This document shows, in pieces, positions 43,101 to 58,830 of a stretch of DNA of 64,000 nucleotides. The translations under genes and the position numbers were made by a program. Origin of the DNA: the human T2T-CHM13v2.0 reference genome, Homo sapiens; the NCBI RefSeq assembly GCF_009914755.1, contig NC_060925.1; one strand, 5' to 3'. How positions within the stretch are numbered: position 1 is the first letter of the stretch; each line of letters starts with the position of its first letter. The notes under the pieces were generated by a model, which ran no database searches, had not been told where the DNA came from, and was given only the letters and a program-made list of their open reading frames with translations.

Positions 43101-44740
43101 ATGGACGGTGTCTCCTCTCTGGTGGGAAGTATGTGATTTCTCTATTTCTATTTCTCTTTTGTTTGGGCTTCCTAGAAATTCAGAGCTAGGTGTGAAATTC
43201 CCAATTCCCACACACAAGCAACATCCCCAGCAGTAATAAGGACGTTCCACACACCCAGGACTTGGGATATTTGTGTATTTTCAAGAATAAAAGTTTGCCC
43301 TTTAGCCTCCTCAGAGCCCCCTCCCTTCTCCTCGCTCTCCCCTTATCACTGCTATTCATCATCTTACTCCTACAGATACCCCCTCTTCCTGGTGGCACCG
43401 GGCATTGGTAACTCATGGCTGTAAAGGAGAGCTGAGAACAAAACAGGAAGAAAAGAGGTTAAGTAATGGCAAGAAAAAAGATGTACCTTAGGAATAAAAA
43501 AGAGTTCCCCAATGTCACAGTGTATTTAATTAATCCTTCTATTTATTAAAGATTAAAAATACATATCAGGTGACAACTTAAAATGTTAGTCATGATTTTA
43601 ACTGTGAATTCTGTGGCACCGGAGATAACAGAACAATGAATGCTTGTAGCAGGCACTCGGTTATTTGTTGAATGAACTTCTTGGGAAAGCCTTCTTAGGA
43701 AAAGTATTAGAAGTAGATTCTACTAGAACAGGGGCTACCCCCAGAGGTCTCAGGACAAGGGATAGAAAGTCAAACACTGATGTTTAAGAAGGGATGACTA
43801 TGACACATGAATCCCACAGCCATCTCTCCAAAAGAGCAACTATTTTAAAAATCAGGTCTAAAGGTGAGCCATCCAAGAAACTGCTCTTGCTCCCAGAGGT
43901 TTTAAAGAAAGTCATTCCCGTGAACGTTGAGAAGTAACCCAACGCTGTGAAATGATAATCTTTTTACAGCAATAACTGTTGCTGCAGGGGTTGAGAAAAA
44001 AAAGTTCTCTTCCTTTGGGTTAAAGTCTTAAATGCTGAGCCCGTAGCCAGCAACCTTAAAGGCTACTCGGGTCCAGTTCATTCTATCTGGAGGAGTCACT
44101 TGGGAATTGAAAACACACGAAAACTTTTTTTCTGGTCCATGAACAAACAAGAACACTTAACTGAATTAGACACAAAACTAAGTATTTATGGTTGTCATCT
44201 TAACAGGTTTCAAACAGGCTTCATTTTAATTTAACATAATTTCAAAATTATAGCAAAATAGTCAATAAAATACGAACGTGCTTAATTTGATGAATTTATG
44301 TATTTTTTGAAGAAAATATGCAGAATAAACAAGTCAATTATTCTCACTAAATACATTAAAATTTAAGGGTAATATTTTTATTATGACTTGCTCTCCTGAT
44401 ACAGCAAAATTTATTGTTATATAGTTATTGAAGGAGGCTCACTACTCCCCAATGATTTCACAAATTACAGCTTCAACCAGCTATAAAATAACCAAATCAG
44501 TTCTGATATAGCCATAAAATTAAGCCTGAAAAAATAGTGAAGTAAATCATCCCTTTAAAATCAAGTTGTTGAACAATATGTTCCGCATGATTCCATTTAT
44601 ATCAGAAAAAATATATTTGTGTAAGTATATACATAGAAAAGGGTCTGGAAGAACATATACCAAACTATAAAGAATCTATATCAAAGTCAATAAGGAGCAT
44701 AGACAAGGAGGGGAACTTTCACATTTTACTTTCTACATTC

Positions 44741-45019
<279 letters not shown>

Positions 45020-45088
45020 CTTTCTACATTCTTGTAACAGAATTATAGTCACTGTTACCTCCATCAAAAAATTAAAATTCAAAAATTA

Positions 45089-45407
<319 letters not shown>

Positions 45408-46470
45408 GCAAACAAATATAAGCTACCTCCTGAAGTAGAAACCAGTATCTCTTCATCTTACGTTTACATAATACTTTACCCCAATACATTTTGTCTGCTG
45501 TTCTAAATCATGACTTACTTCAAATCAAATCTTAAGTGAAAATCAAGATTTCCTTTTGGGGGCGTTATACAAAAAAGACTGTAAAATTTCATTCTCTGAA
45601 AGTCTTTTTAAAAAGGAATAGATTGTATCTGGCTGGGATAGGGTAGGTGTGATCTGACCCACAGCAAATGATGGCTGCTCAACTCTGCATCTCCTTTCCT
45701 CTCCCTGCTGAAAAGTGCCACCTAGCAAGGTCAATCAAGGTCACCAATGCAAAGAAGTAGTGGGCAAACACCACCCAGGTTATCCAAGGTTCCTAAGGCC
45801 CAAAGCAGCACATGGGGTTGGGAAGCTGACGACCTTAGAGATTTCAAAATCACCTAACAATAACCCCACTTTCCCTAACCACAGGGCTAAGCAACCTAAT
45901 GGATCAAACATGTGTGCTTTGGTCATCCGCAACCCAGACCACTAGACTAATTTTGCTTTAGAACTGGACTATATCAAGTGTGAACGATCATACTGGTTAT
46001 CATGTGGGAAAAAAGGTTTAATTACTCCCTAATGGTCTGGGAAACCAAAGATTTCAAAATACGGAGCTCCTGGGGGAAGGAGAGTTAATAAAATGGGTCC
46101 TTGAGAAGTGAAGTGGGAAGCCTGCCTCATGCCATGGCACCAGCGATGCCACAGGTGTACCCAGTGCCCTGCCGAGAGCAGAGACAGTGTTCTCAGAGTT
46201 GCTATCAAAAAGGAGGCCGCAGACTGCATTCTGAAGCATCAGACAATGGGTCACATGCAAAAACAGAATTAAATACACAAAAATAGCACCAACTTAAGGC
46301 AAGCCTGGGCAAACTGCACTACATCAAAGAAAGAACACACAACTGGTATCAGATTTTTTTTTCTGTTTTAATAAAGAGAAGGCCTGGACACCTGAAAGTT
46401 GACGGGAAGCAGGCATTACTCATTTCTCCGAGTTCACAGTTTTGTTAGAATGTCTTTGCTCTGATTATGG

Positions 46471-46990
<520 letters not shown>

Positions 46991-48044
46991 TGACTGCAGC
47001 AATTTTTACAAATCTACACCCTTAGGGTTCCCATCCCAGGACATTCAGGTTTCTCCACCCCTTTAGAAGTGCCCAGAATATCCTCTACCCCACAATTCCA
47101 ACAGGACGTCACTCTCCTCTTACTTAAGAAAAATGCCTAAAATTCCAGCCCTTCCAAAAGGCCTTTCCAGATTGACCACTCAGGAGTTACTCTGGCCTCC
47201 CCTTCACTCCTCCTGCTAAACTGAAAACAAGGACAGACTTGCCTGGCCTCTCTCCCCCAGTAGACACCTACCCTCAGTGAACACATCCTGTCAGTGTCCT
47301 CCTGTCCATTTGCAAATTGATTGACTGTTTCATTGCTGGCCTTGGATGACCTCTCCTAGAGGGCAGGGACGGGTGGTGTTCGGCAAAGCCTTGGTCGTCT
47401 GGATAATGGGAAATGGGGTCTTCTGGTGAATTTAATTACAGGGTTAGGTGGAAACTTTGCTTCAACTCTCGTTATTAGAAAGCCTATTGTAAAGCTTTTT
47501 AAAATACAACTGACCACTTTCCAGGCAGGGTAGAGTTAATATGCCTTAATCTTTGATTTAGGATCTTGCAGTGCCCCAGGCTCACCATTCTCTTCTGCTA
47601 CTATAATTATAGATGCGGAAGACATACAGACTGGGCTGACGACTGCTTGGAAGCTAATTTCTAGAATAAACCCTTGCTACCACATCTTGTGATTTTTGCC
47701 CTTCTGAAGGTGGAGTTCAAAAATAAAAACAAAATCCCACTTAACTGAGGGTTCCAGTTGAGGGAGGTCTGCTGCCATGGTCTTTGTTAAGTGCCTGCCA
47801 CCATGGCCCACAATTAGTCAGTTAATAAAGGGTTCTTGATGAGAGAATTTGGCAACATGTGATTTTCCACAAATATAAGCTTGATTTTGATGCAACCACT
47901 CATTTCTTTGAAAATCAGGGGGCATTCACACACAGGTGTTCTAGATTTCCTTAAAGTAAAAACCAACCCTTTACAAGGAATAGCTGTGTTCACTTTGAAG
48001 CAGTAAAGAAGCAGGTGTCCACTCATGGCAAATGAGGAACTCCC

Positions 48045-48366
48045 TTTTTTTTTTTGAGACGGGGTCTCGCTCTTTTTGTGTGTGTGTGAGATGGGGGCCA
48101 CCCAGGCTAGAGTGCAGTAGTGCAATTACAGCTCACTGTAGCCTCAACCTTCTGGGCTCAACCAATTCTTCCCACCTCAACTTCTGAAGCAGCTGAGACT
48201 ACAGGTGTGTACCACCATGCCCAGCTAATGTTTTTGATTTTTAGTAAGATGAGGTCTTGTTATATTGCCCAGGCTGGTTGGTCTCAAACTCCTGAGCTCA
48301 AGTGATCCTCCTGCCTCAGCCTCCCAAAGTGCTAGGATTATCGGCATGAGCCACCATGCCCGGCCA
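48045..48366 (-). mobile_element. AluJ-like with rearranged 3' end
   Basis: acagctcactgtagcctcaaccttctgggctcaa; extra tttttgtgtgtgtgtgagatgggg block. Confidence 0.85.
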
Positions 48367-48762
48367 GAAGCTAAAAATATTAATCAAGGAGTCATAACTA
48401 AGGATGCACTGCACACCCGAAGCCAGGGACCACGAGAGGTCAGCAACTGGGACTGCTTCCTCCAGTTCCCAGGCTGGGGCTCAGCAGCAGTGGCCTGGGC
48501 TCTGGGGACTTACTTTAAGCCTAAATCCCAAACTCATTATAATTCAAACCAATTTTCTGTGTCCAGCATCATCCCACCTGAACTGGTCCTTAAAACCACT
48601 GACAGTCATTTCTCCAATCTGTAAAAGGCCTGCTGAGGCCTTTGCATTATCAGGACTTAATTGGGAGTAGAATGCCCTCCCCATCAAATCCTGACCATTT
48701 CTGAACACTCAGCCCATGTCCTCTTCCTGAGTGTCTTCCCCAGCAACAACCACCTACACTGA

Positions 48763-49425
<663 letters not shown>

Positions 49426-49456
49426 TGAAACCATTCACTCATCAAAAAATTAACTG

Positions 49457-49827
<371 letters not shown>

Positions 49828-50142
49828 TCAAGAATTTTATACAGAAGGTCATGCTATGTAAAGTGTTTAGCACAGTGACTGGCACATAAGCACTCTATAA
49901 ACACTTTAATACTCACTGATAAAACCACAAAATGTAGTGTTTAATTATATGCTGATTTAGGTTGCTTCCTATGAAACAAACGTTGGTTCATCTAACTCAT
50001 GCCTTCCTAACAAGCCTTCTTAGAAGCCAGAGGCTCGGCTTCAGAGTCAAACGGAATAGCTTATTAGATGTAAGAACACAGGATTTGGAACCAAATGGTC
50101 CTGGCTTCAAAACCCTACTCTGCCACTTTTTAGCTTTGTGAC

Positions 50143-50490
50143 TATGGCAGAGATGGGCAGCTGTCCCCCAAAATCTGTTCTCTCCTTTCCCTACAGTCAT
50201 AGAATCCCAAGTTTTTCTCAGGACACATGGACCCTCAGGATAAGCATATTTTCCAGCCTTCTTTGCAGCTAAATATGGTCACATGACTAGGTTCTAGCCA
50301 ATGAGAATGTTAGTGGAAGTGATGTATATAACTTCCAGGAAGTATCCTTACATTAAGAGGTCCTACCCTTCACTAGCCTTTTCTTCCTTCCTGATGGCTG
50401 CGGCTAGAAGAGTCATCTTGGACCATGAAGTCATCTTGGGAATAGAGAGCATGCACATGGAGCAAGACAGCAGGAGCTTGGAGCCCTAAC
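50143..50490 (+). mobile_element. MLT1 (I/J-like) LTR fragment
   Basis: tttccagccttctttgcagcta...ggtcacatgactaggttctagccaatgagaatg..agtggaagtgatg. Confidence 0.6.
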
Positions 50491-50511
50491 ACTGTCAGCA
50501 ATCTATCTTAG

Positions 50512-50829
<318 letters not shown>

Positions 50830-53279
50830 TAACCTCCCTAAGCTTCAATCTCCCCATCTATAAAAATGTGATAATGCAAGGTATCTATCTTACAGGGTTG
50901 TTTTGAAGACTGATTGATATAGTTGGGTCACAGTAAGGGCTAGAGTTAGGAGAGCTGGTATTACTGCCATTATGGAAGTACCAGCAGTCTTGCTGCCATG
51001 AAAACCGTAGAAGATGGCAACATCTTAACACAGCCCTGGGTACCTGGAGGTAGCTCAATGATTCTCACAGCTGAAAGGCATCCTAGTAGGCCAAGTCCTC
51101 CTGACAAGAATTTCCTTCTCCTGCACCCTTGTCAAATGGTCCCCAGGAAAGGGAAGTGCACTACCTCTGGGACAACTATTAGGACAGTGGTGTTTGTTCA
51201 TCCATAAATCACAATCCTCATCCCCTTCTTTCAGAACCCTTCTCCTGATTGCTCCAAACCATCTCACTTTTCTCTGCCTCCTCTTTCTCCTCTGCCTTTG
51301 ATCACTCCAGCCCTGCCTCTGAGGTCACACCCATAGTACTTCAAAGTTTCTTTCAATCCCTTTCAGAAGCCTTTTCTAACTAACTGGGAAGTAAGAGATG
51401 GCTTCCTCAGCCTTACCGTATTCAAAGAAGAGACTTCCCAAACTCTACAAATGAACTTCTCTCCCTCTGGAGCAGAACACAAATGATCATTTGCCATCTA
51501 CAGGTTCTCAGATGTCCCAATCTCCTACATTTTTCATTGCTAACACTTTTAAAGCTATTTAATCTTGTTTGCAACATCAGCACTGGTCTGGGAGGTATAT
51601 AACTCTTGCTGGCTACACAAAATCAAAATGTGCTGTATGTGTCTAAAGCTTATATTCATCTTTCCTGAGAATTTCCTTCCTGTTCTTACAGACACAAATC
51701 CTATGCTCTCTTTCCCACATTGCTGTCATCTTCCCATGTCACTGTCACTCATGCAGGCTGCTCCCAGACAGAGGCACTTTTCCAGTCACCCTTCCCTTCC
51801 TACCACTGTACCAGCCTCTATTCTCTCTCTAATCTTCTGCCCCTCTGGCCACATCTATCCTCAAATAGAGACTTTACTACCCTCATGGTTCAACCAGAGC
51901 CAGGCTTAAATGGCTTTGTAATTGGAACCAAGGGTTGTGGTGGCAGAGCCATGCACTGCCACCACAACCCTTATTGGGTGAGGCACCTAGGGTTAGGACA
52001 GAAGGAAACAACACACAGAGGTCAAGGGGGTAGGTACAAAGACAAAGGGTAGGACAAAGACATAAGCAGGAATCAGTATCCCAACAGACAGAAAAGAGGA
52101 ATCTGATTCCAATCCCAGACACTGGCAAAGGACAGGTGCAGAAAAGCACAGGTCTGTCATGTTGAGGGAGATGAAAGCGTCTCCGAGATTTACCCTGTAT
52201 ACCCCTCACATACTGTCCAGGGTTTTCTAACTAAAATTGCCATTTCTAGAGGCTGGTACCTGCATCGGTCTCACTTTCAGAGCACTTAGCCTTATCCAAC
52301 TTTTTTAAACAAAATTTTATTCCAGGCATGTGACCTATATGGGCTTAAAACCTTGGGATTCTTCGCTGTTTTAAATTCATACTACACATTAATTCACATT
52401 ATGCAGCAAGAATGCTGACACATGAACCAGACCACATCAGAAGACAAGCAGGAAATAAGACCCCAACATGGGTTTTGCTCCCTCCCCAAACGCCTTCTAC
52501 CTCTCCCAGATTAGTAAAGTAGTAGCCAGGCCTCCTTCCTGCCATACTGAGAGCCATCAGGTGAAGAGAAAGATGAGGTTCCACCAGTGGGGCTCCAAAT
52601 CAGGCAGAGATCCACATGCATGCCTACAGTTCCAAACCTTCCCACTTCAGCCTGCATCTGGATGTCTGCCACTGTGCCCCTTTAAAGCCACCTTGATGCT
52701 CATTTTCCTCCATGGCACCTGTTTACACATGAAGATGAGGGTGGAGGGAAAATGACAGCACCTGCCAGGTGCCAGGGCCCGAGCTCCACTCCACAGAGTG
52801 GCCCAGAGAGCGAACAGCAGGGGGACCAGCATGCAGCCTTACATTACTTGAGCAGCCAGAAGAAACAAAAGGCACAAATGTCACATTGTCTTGTTTTCCC
52901 ATTGATGGTTACTTCTCCTGCCCTGGGCCCCACCCTGCCACTCAGCCCTCTTTCCCGCCTTAGCCACACACCCCACCCCACATCCAAACCTCCCCAAGGG
53001 CTTTCCTTGTTTGTGTCCTGTTGAATCCACATGAATCACTAATTGCTGATTTAAACCCAGACACTAAGCGAATGACACATACAGTACAACAAATACAGAT
53101 CCAATATGAAGAGACTGGCAAATGAAGGGCTCCCTGCCTTCTTGACTCTGCCTGAGCATACAGGTGACATGGAGACACTGCCTGTATCCCAGCCCACAGC
53201 TGAACAGAAGACTAACTAAACTACCAGCAGGGTGTCTGCATGCGTTGGGTGGTAGGGCACTGGCGCTAGTGAACTCACC

Positions 53280-53456
53280 CACTGGTTCTCTACTGAACCA
53301 TGCATGGAATTACCTGAGATAGCTCAAAGGCTGAGACCTGGGTCCCACTCCCTAAGCGAGTTTGGTTTCACTGATCTGGGGTTGTTGCCTGAAATCAGAA
53401 TTTTTAAAAGCTTCCCCAGTGATTCCAACATGCACACGAGAGTTTGAGAACCACTG
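53280..53456. mobile_element. MER5A-like hAT-Charlie MITE
   Basis: Ends CACTGGTTCTC...GAGAACCACTG; internal tttaaaagcttccccagtgattc. Confidence 0.75.
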
Positions 53457-54729
53457 ATTGCACAAATCTATTATGAGTTTCAGACATTATTTAAGGCAGT
53501 CAAGGCATTTAGGACACCTTATATCCTTTAGTTATCACACCTTCCCTTGTTTTATTGTTTCTGTTTTATTGACATTCAGATGTCAATCATGGTGAAGCTG
53601 GGATAGGAACTCAGGTCCTCTAATTCTAAAGTCCATTCTCTTCCCACACACCTGTTACCTACTGCAAGGGTGTAGACAATGCATGGAAGCAATCTCCACT
53701 GCCAACAGATCACCCTAAGTTCCCTACGTGCAAGACACCTAGATTTGGAGACGTGAACCCTGTAGGCAACAATCATAATCCCTTCTGAATGCAGAGGACC
53801 GAGCCTTACAGAGAGGGCAGGGGGTGTGCTCATGTATGAGGTCTGAGATGGGGAAAGAGAATGGCACCAAATCCTGGCAATGAAGTTTATCCTAGACCTG
53901 AGATGTGTTCTAAGACAGCACGCTGAAGACAGTGCTCAATGGCATAAAAAGAATAGGCAATTGTTGAGCAGAGGGGCCTCTTCACTGGGGTGAAGGTCCT
54001 GCATCTGCACCTTAAGAGGGGTGTCAAAGGTTCACCTCTCAGGGCCATAGTTTCTTCTTCCCACTCTAGGCATTCTGATTTGTGGGAGCACAAAAGCCAA
54101 TCCTAAAATCTCCCCTACCAGGCAGCTTCCTTTTCTTCAGGCTCTCCTTCTCCCAGAACTACGATCTAAGCTTCCTTGGTGAGGAGACACAGGACTAGTG
54201 CCCTCACATTTTTAGCCTTCAGACCACTCAGGTAGGCAAAGCATCCCTTCAACCCCCATCCCACTTACTCCCATTTCCACCTCAAAAAAGGCACCATCAT
54301 TATCACCCAAACCAACTTTCGAGACAGAGGGGAATGATGTTCCCACTCCCAATTAGGAATCAATGCAGCCCAACAAAGAAGTGAAAACACCAGAGCATCC
54401 ATGTTTGACATGCTACAAGACAGCAGCCCACCAGCCATGTGAAGTCCCTAAACCACAGATGTGCAGATGCAGGACCTCACCCCAGGGGCCAAGACAGACA
54501 CTTTAAGAACAGCAAATGTTCCTTCTTATAGATAACAAATGATATTCCACCGTTGCTCTTGGGTTAGAAACGGGCCTCTTCGTACTCTACTCCAACCTGT
54601 GACACACACCGACCGCCTCCTGGTGTCCCCCAAATCCTAGTGTTGATGAAAAAGAACCACGAGAAATTACAGGAACCAAGAGCAGGTTAAACTTTCACAT
54701 CGATTGCACTGATAAGCAGAGCCACTTAC

Positions 54730-54772
54730 CCAGCACAGCCAGACAGCTCAGCACCGGGAAAAAGCACTTCAT
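54730..54772 (-). CDS. IGSF3: IGSF3 first coding segment (3' end of exon 2), signal peptide MKCFFPVLSCLAVL-G
   Basis: Minus strand reads gccgacATGAAGTGCTTTTTCCCGGTGCTGAGCTGTCTGGCTGTGCTGG|gtaagt. The 43 nt end in phase 1 and join the 4905 acceptor in frame, giving a hydrophobic leader ...LAVLGVVSA-QR. Confidence 0.95.
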
Positions 54773-55402
54773 GTCGGCAGCCTCCAGGAGACACAACACA
54801 AGGCGCTTCCTCTTCTCCCAGCTCCTAATCTCTCATTTCTGGCAATCCACTTATAGCTCCAGAGAACAGTTTTGGAAATAGAACTTAACTCGGAAAATGG
54901 GAACAGATTAAAAAGAAGAGATCAGAAGGAGGGAGTTGGGGGGAAGGGGAGGAGTGGAGGCAAGTGTGAAAACTCCCCTATGCTACAGGAAGGGTCCACA
55001 ACAATTCGGAAGTCGCTCCCGGCTCCTGCCACATCGTGTGCCTTGCAGTTTCCACTGAAATTGCAGACTGTAGTGGATTAATCCTCCAGAAGCACGGAAA
55101 AAAGGGTCTGAGAAAATCCTTTCATCCACTGATTATACAGAAATGTCCTTGGCTTCTCAGTGAAGGTGTCTGTGATCTCCCTCATTCGGATTCCCCAGAG
55201 AGAACAGGGCAGGTTTCGTCAAAACCTTTGACGGCCAAATCACCCTGCCTGGCATCAACCGTTTGGGTTTCTTCACCAAAAAGTCCGTTTCCATCCATGG
55301 TGGTAGGTCACGGAGGCGCCACCTGCCCCACGCCTGCCTAGGGCACACGAAGCAAGTTGGCGTTCGGCAGCCCTGAAGCGGTACCCCAGCGCGAGCAGAT
55401 TT
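54773..55402 (-). other. IGSF3: IGSF3 exon 2 5'UTR portion (630 nt)
   Basis: Pyrimidine-rich acceptor ttgtgtttgttttag| (AG 55404-55403) upstream of the ATG; agrees with my recollection of the annotated exon. Confidence 0.8.
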
Positions 55403-56063
55403 CTAAAACAAACACAACAGAGATTTTTATCAAAGGCAAAGCTGCAAAACCCACTGGGGCTGAGCGCTGAGCTGGTCCGGACACCTGGGTCCGGTTCCTG
55501 GACCAGGACAGTCAACCTCTGCATTCTGACCTTGGGCAAGTCTCTGTCTTTCCCTCCGCCTCAGTTTCCCTGCCCAGAGCAGGGCAACAGTGGGAAGCCC
55601 GATTGTTCCTGAAATACTTCCACCAAATGCTTCACTCCTGGGAATTCCCGTCACCTCCTACCGAGCCCGGGCGCCGCAGGTAGCCCCACCCTCCGCCAGG
55701 GCAAATCGGGAAGGGGCTCCGCGGTGGGGCCGCGACTCCCGGCCCCCGCCCCAACCGTGGGAGCTCTGCGCGCGACGCGTCCCAGGTGGCCCCGCTATTG
55801 TTTTACCTTGCAGGGTGTTTATATCTCGCTGATTGGAAAGAAAAGAAACCGGGGAAGAAGGGAGTCCGGAGCTCCGCTTTCAGCTGCCGGAGCGCGCTCG
55901 CAGCGCGCCCGCCCAGCCAGGGGAGGGGTCTCGGGCCCGACCCGGAGCTCAGCCGGCGCGGGCCCGCTCCCCCCTCCCCGCTCCCCGCTCCCCGCTCCAC
56001 GCCTCCCCGCCTCCCTCCCCGGGGCCCCCTCCGGGCGCCGCCCGCGCCCCCGCCGAGCCTGAC

Positions 56064-56200
56064 CTCGCCCCTGGCCCTCTCCCTCCGCGCGCGTCGGACC
56101 GTCCTTCAGTCCATCCAGGCGCACGCCTCAGGGGACGCGCCGCTTCCTCTTCTCCCGCAACGGCACCAGCAGCCGCGCTGCGGCCCCTCCCGAGTCCCCG
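56064..56200 (-). other. IGSF3: IGSF3 non-coding exon 1 (5' end approximate)
   Basis: Donor GAG|gtcagg (GT 56063-56062) inside the CpG island, downstream of GC boxes. The TSS cannot be fixed from sequence alone. Confidence 0.65.
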
Positions 56201-56280
56201 CCCCTCCAGCTCCAGCCCGGCCCGCCGCACTCGGCGAGGCGAGCGCGGGGCCAGGGCGGCGGCCTCGAAGAGAGGCCCGG

Positions 56281-56301
56281 CCCCGCCCCCGGCCCCGCCC
56301 C
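56281..56301 (-). promoter_or_regulatory. Tandem GC boxes (Sp/KLF sites)
   Basis: CCCCGCCCC at 56281-56289 and 56293-56301, plus one at 56196-56204; these read GGGGCGGGG on the minus strand. Confidence 0.65.
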
Positions 56302-56597
56302 TGGAGACGCGAGTCCCGGCCCCGGGCCTGGCGGGGGCATGAGGGTGGCCCGGGGCACCGGAGGACCTGGGCAGGGCTGGCGTGTGGGCCGAGCAGCCCG
56401 GCAAGTTAATCAGGGCTTCACACCCAGACTCCGGGGCCGCCGGCGAGATGTACAGGCCCTTCCCAAAGCCCAGCTGGCCACCCATAACCTGGGAAGCCGG
56501 CGGCACAGAAGCTCGTCCTTCCTCCTGGAAACAAAAACAAAGCCCTTTGGAGACTTGAATCTGTTCACGAAGTGGAACCCCATATTGCACTTCACTC

Positions 56598-56838
56598 TTG
56601 GATAGAATTTGGACTCTGGAAACAGCCTGGGTTCTAACGCCGGTTCCTCCACTTCCTCGCTGTGGCCCTTGGCAAGTTACTTAACCTCTCTGTGCCTCAA
56701 TTTCCCCATCTGCTATGTGGAGGAAATAACCCTTACTTAAGAGGGTTATGGGAGAAATCTGTGACATACTTGTAAAGCATTTAGAATGGTGCCTGATACA
56801 TCACAAGTGGTCAGTAAATATAAGCTATTATTATTTTA
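56598..56838 (+). mobile_element. MIR SINE bordering the CpG island
   Basis: cctgggttcta...ttggcaagttacttaacctctctgtgcctcaatttccccatctg...tagctattattatt. Confidence 0.85.
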
Positions 56839-57418
56839 TGACCAACCGCCCTGTAAAGCAAGTGCTTTTTCGTTTTCTCACTACTTACCCAACACACACA
56901 ACTTGCTGGGTAGACACCGTCACGAGGCGACCAAAGCAGAATAGACCGCCCTGCCCTCATGCAACTTGCAGTCTAGTGGGGACACAGACCATAAAATAGA
57001 CATGACAAGAAAAGTACAGTGTTGAGGAAGCAAATGCAGAGACCCCAACCCTGTGTTATTGGGGGAGGGGCAAGGAGGAGGGAGCTTTGGTCGGGGTAGG
57101 TCCCAGGCTTCTCAGAGGAAAGGAAAACTCGGTTGAATGCCAAAGAACAGAAGGCAGCAGCAGAGGAAGAGACAGAGGGGAGGTAAGGAATCGCAGACTG
57201 AAGAAACAGCACCTCTGCAGGCCCAGAAAGGAGCCCAGTTAGAGGACCAGGACAGTCTGCTGGGCCCAAACTTGACTGTAGGAGAGAAGTGACAAGAAAT
57301 GAGCTGAGAAGAAATCGAGTGCCAGAACCTAGAGGGCATTGTATGGTGTGTTAAGGGGTTGGGACCATTGGGAAGCCACTGAAGGTGTTGAGTAAGGGAC
57401 TATGGTTATCAGATATAC

Positions 57419-57722
57419 GTTTTATTTTTCATTTTATTTTAAGAGACAGGTTCTCACTCTGTGACCCAGGCTGGAATGCAGTGGTGTAATCTTGTCTCAC
57501 TGCAACCTCCACCTCCCGGGTTCAAGTGATTCTCCTGCCTCAGCCTCCTGAGTCACTGGGACTACAGGCGTGCACCACCACACCCGGATAATTTTTGTAC
57601 TTTTAGTAGAGACAGTGTTTCACCATGTTGGGCAGCCTGGTGTTGAACTCCTGACCTGGTGATCTGCCCGCCTCAGCCTCCCAAAGTGCAGAGATTACAG
57701 GCATGAGCTACTGTGCCCAACC
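57419..57722 (-). mobile_element. AluS
   Basis: Dimer on the minus strand. Confidence 0.9.
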
Positions 57723-57799
57723 AGGAATCTTTCCTTGTGTGTTAATTATTACCTCTTTCCCAGAGACACCCGTGACTCTGGCAGCTCTCAGTTCCCATT

Positions 57800-58830
<1,031 letters not shown>

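Larger units (their letters stand above)
55650..56520. promoter_or_regulatory. CpG island / IGSF3 promoter
   Basis: Very GC-rich with dense undepleted CpG, unlike the CpG-poor rest of the window; no TATA box seen. Confidence 0.9.

Noticed and set aside
55801-55836. Donor-like CAAG|GTAAAA at 55807/55806 and a CCAAT box at 55832-55836 as an alternative first exon
   Set aside because: Weak donor with no independent support; cannot be judged without transcript data.
55724-56590. Long overlapping ORFs (207, 213 and 169 aa) across the CpG island
   Set aside because: Pro/Arg/Gly/Ala-rich products expected from stop-poor GC-rich DNA; they overlap the promoter and intron 1 and show no recognisable domain.
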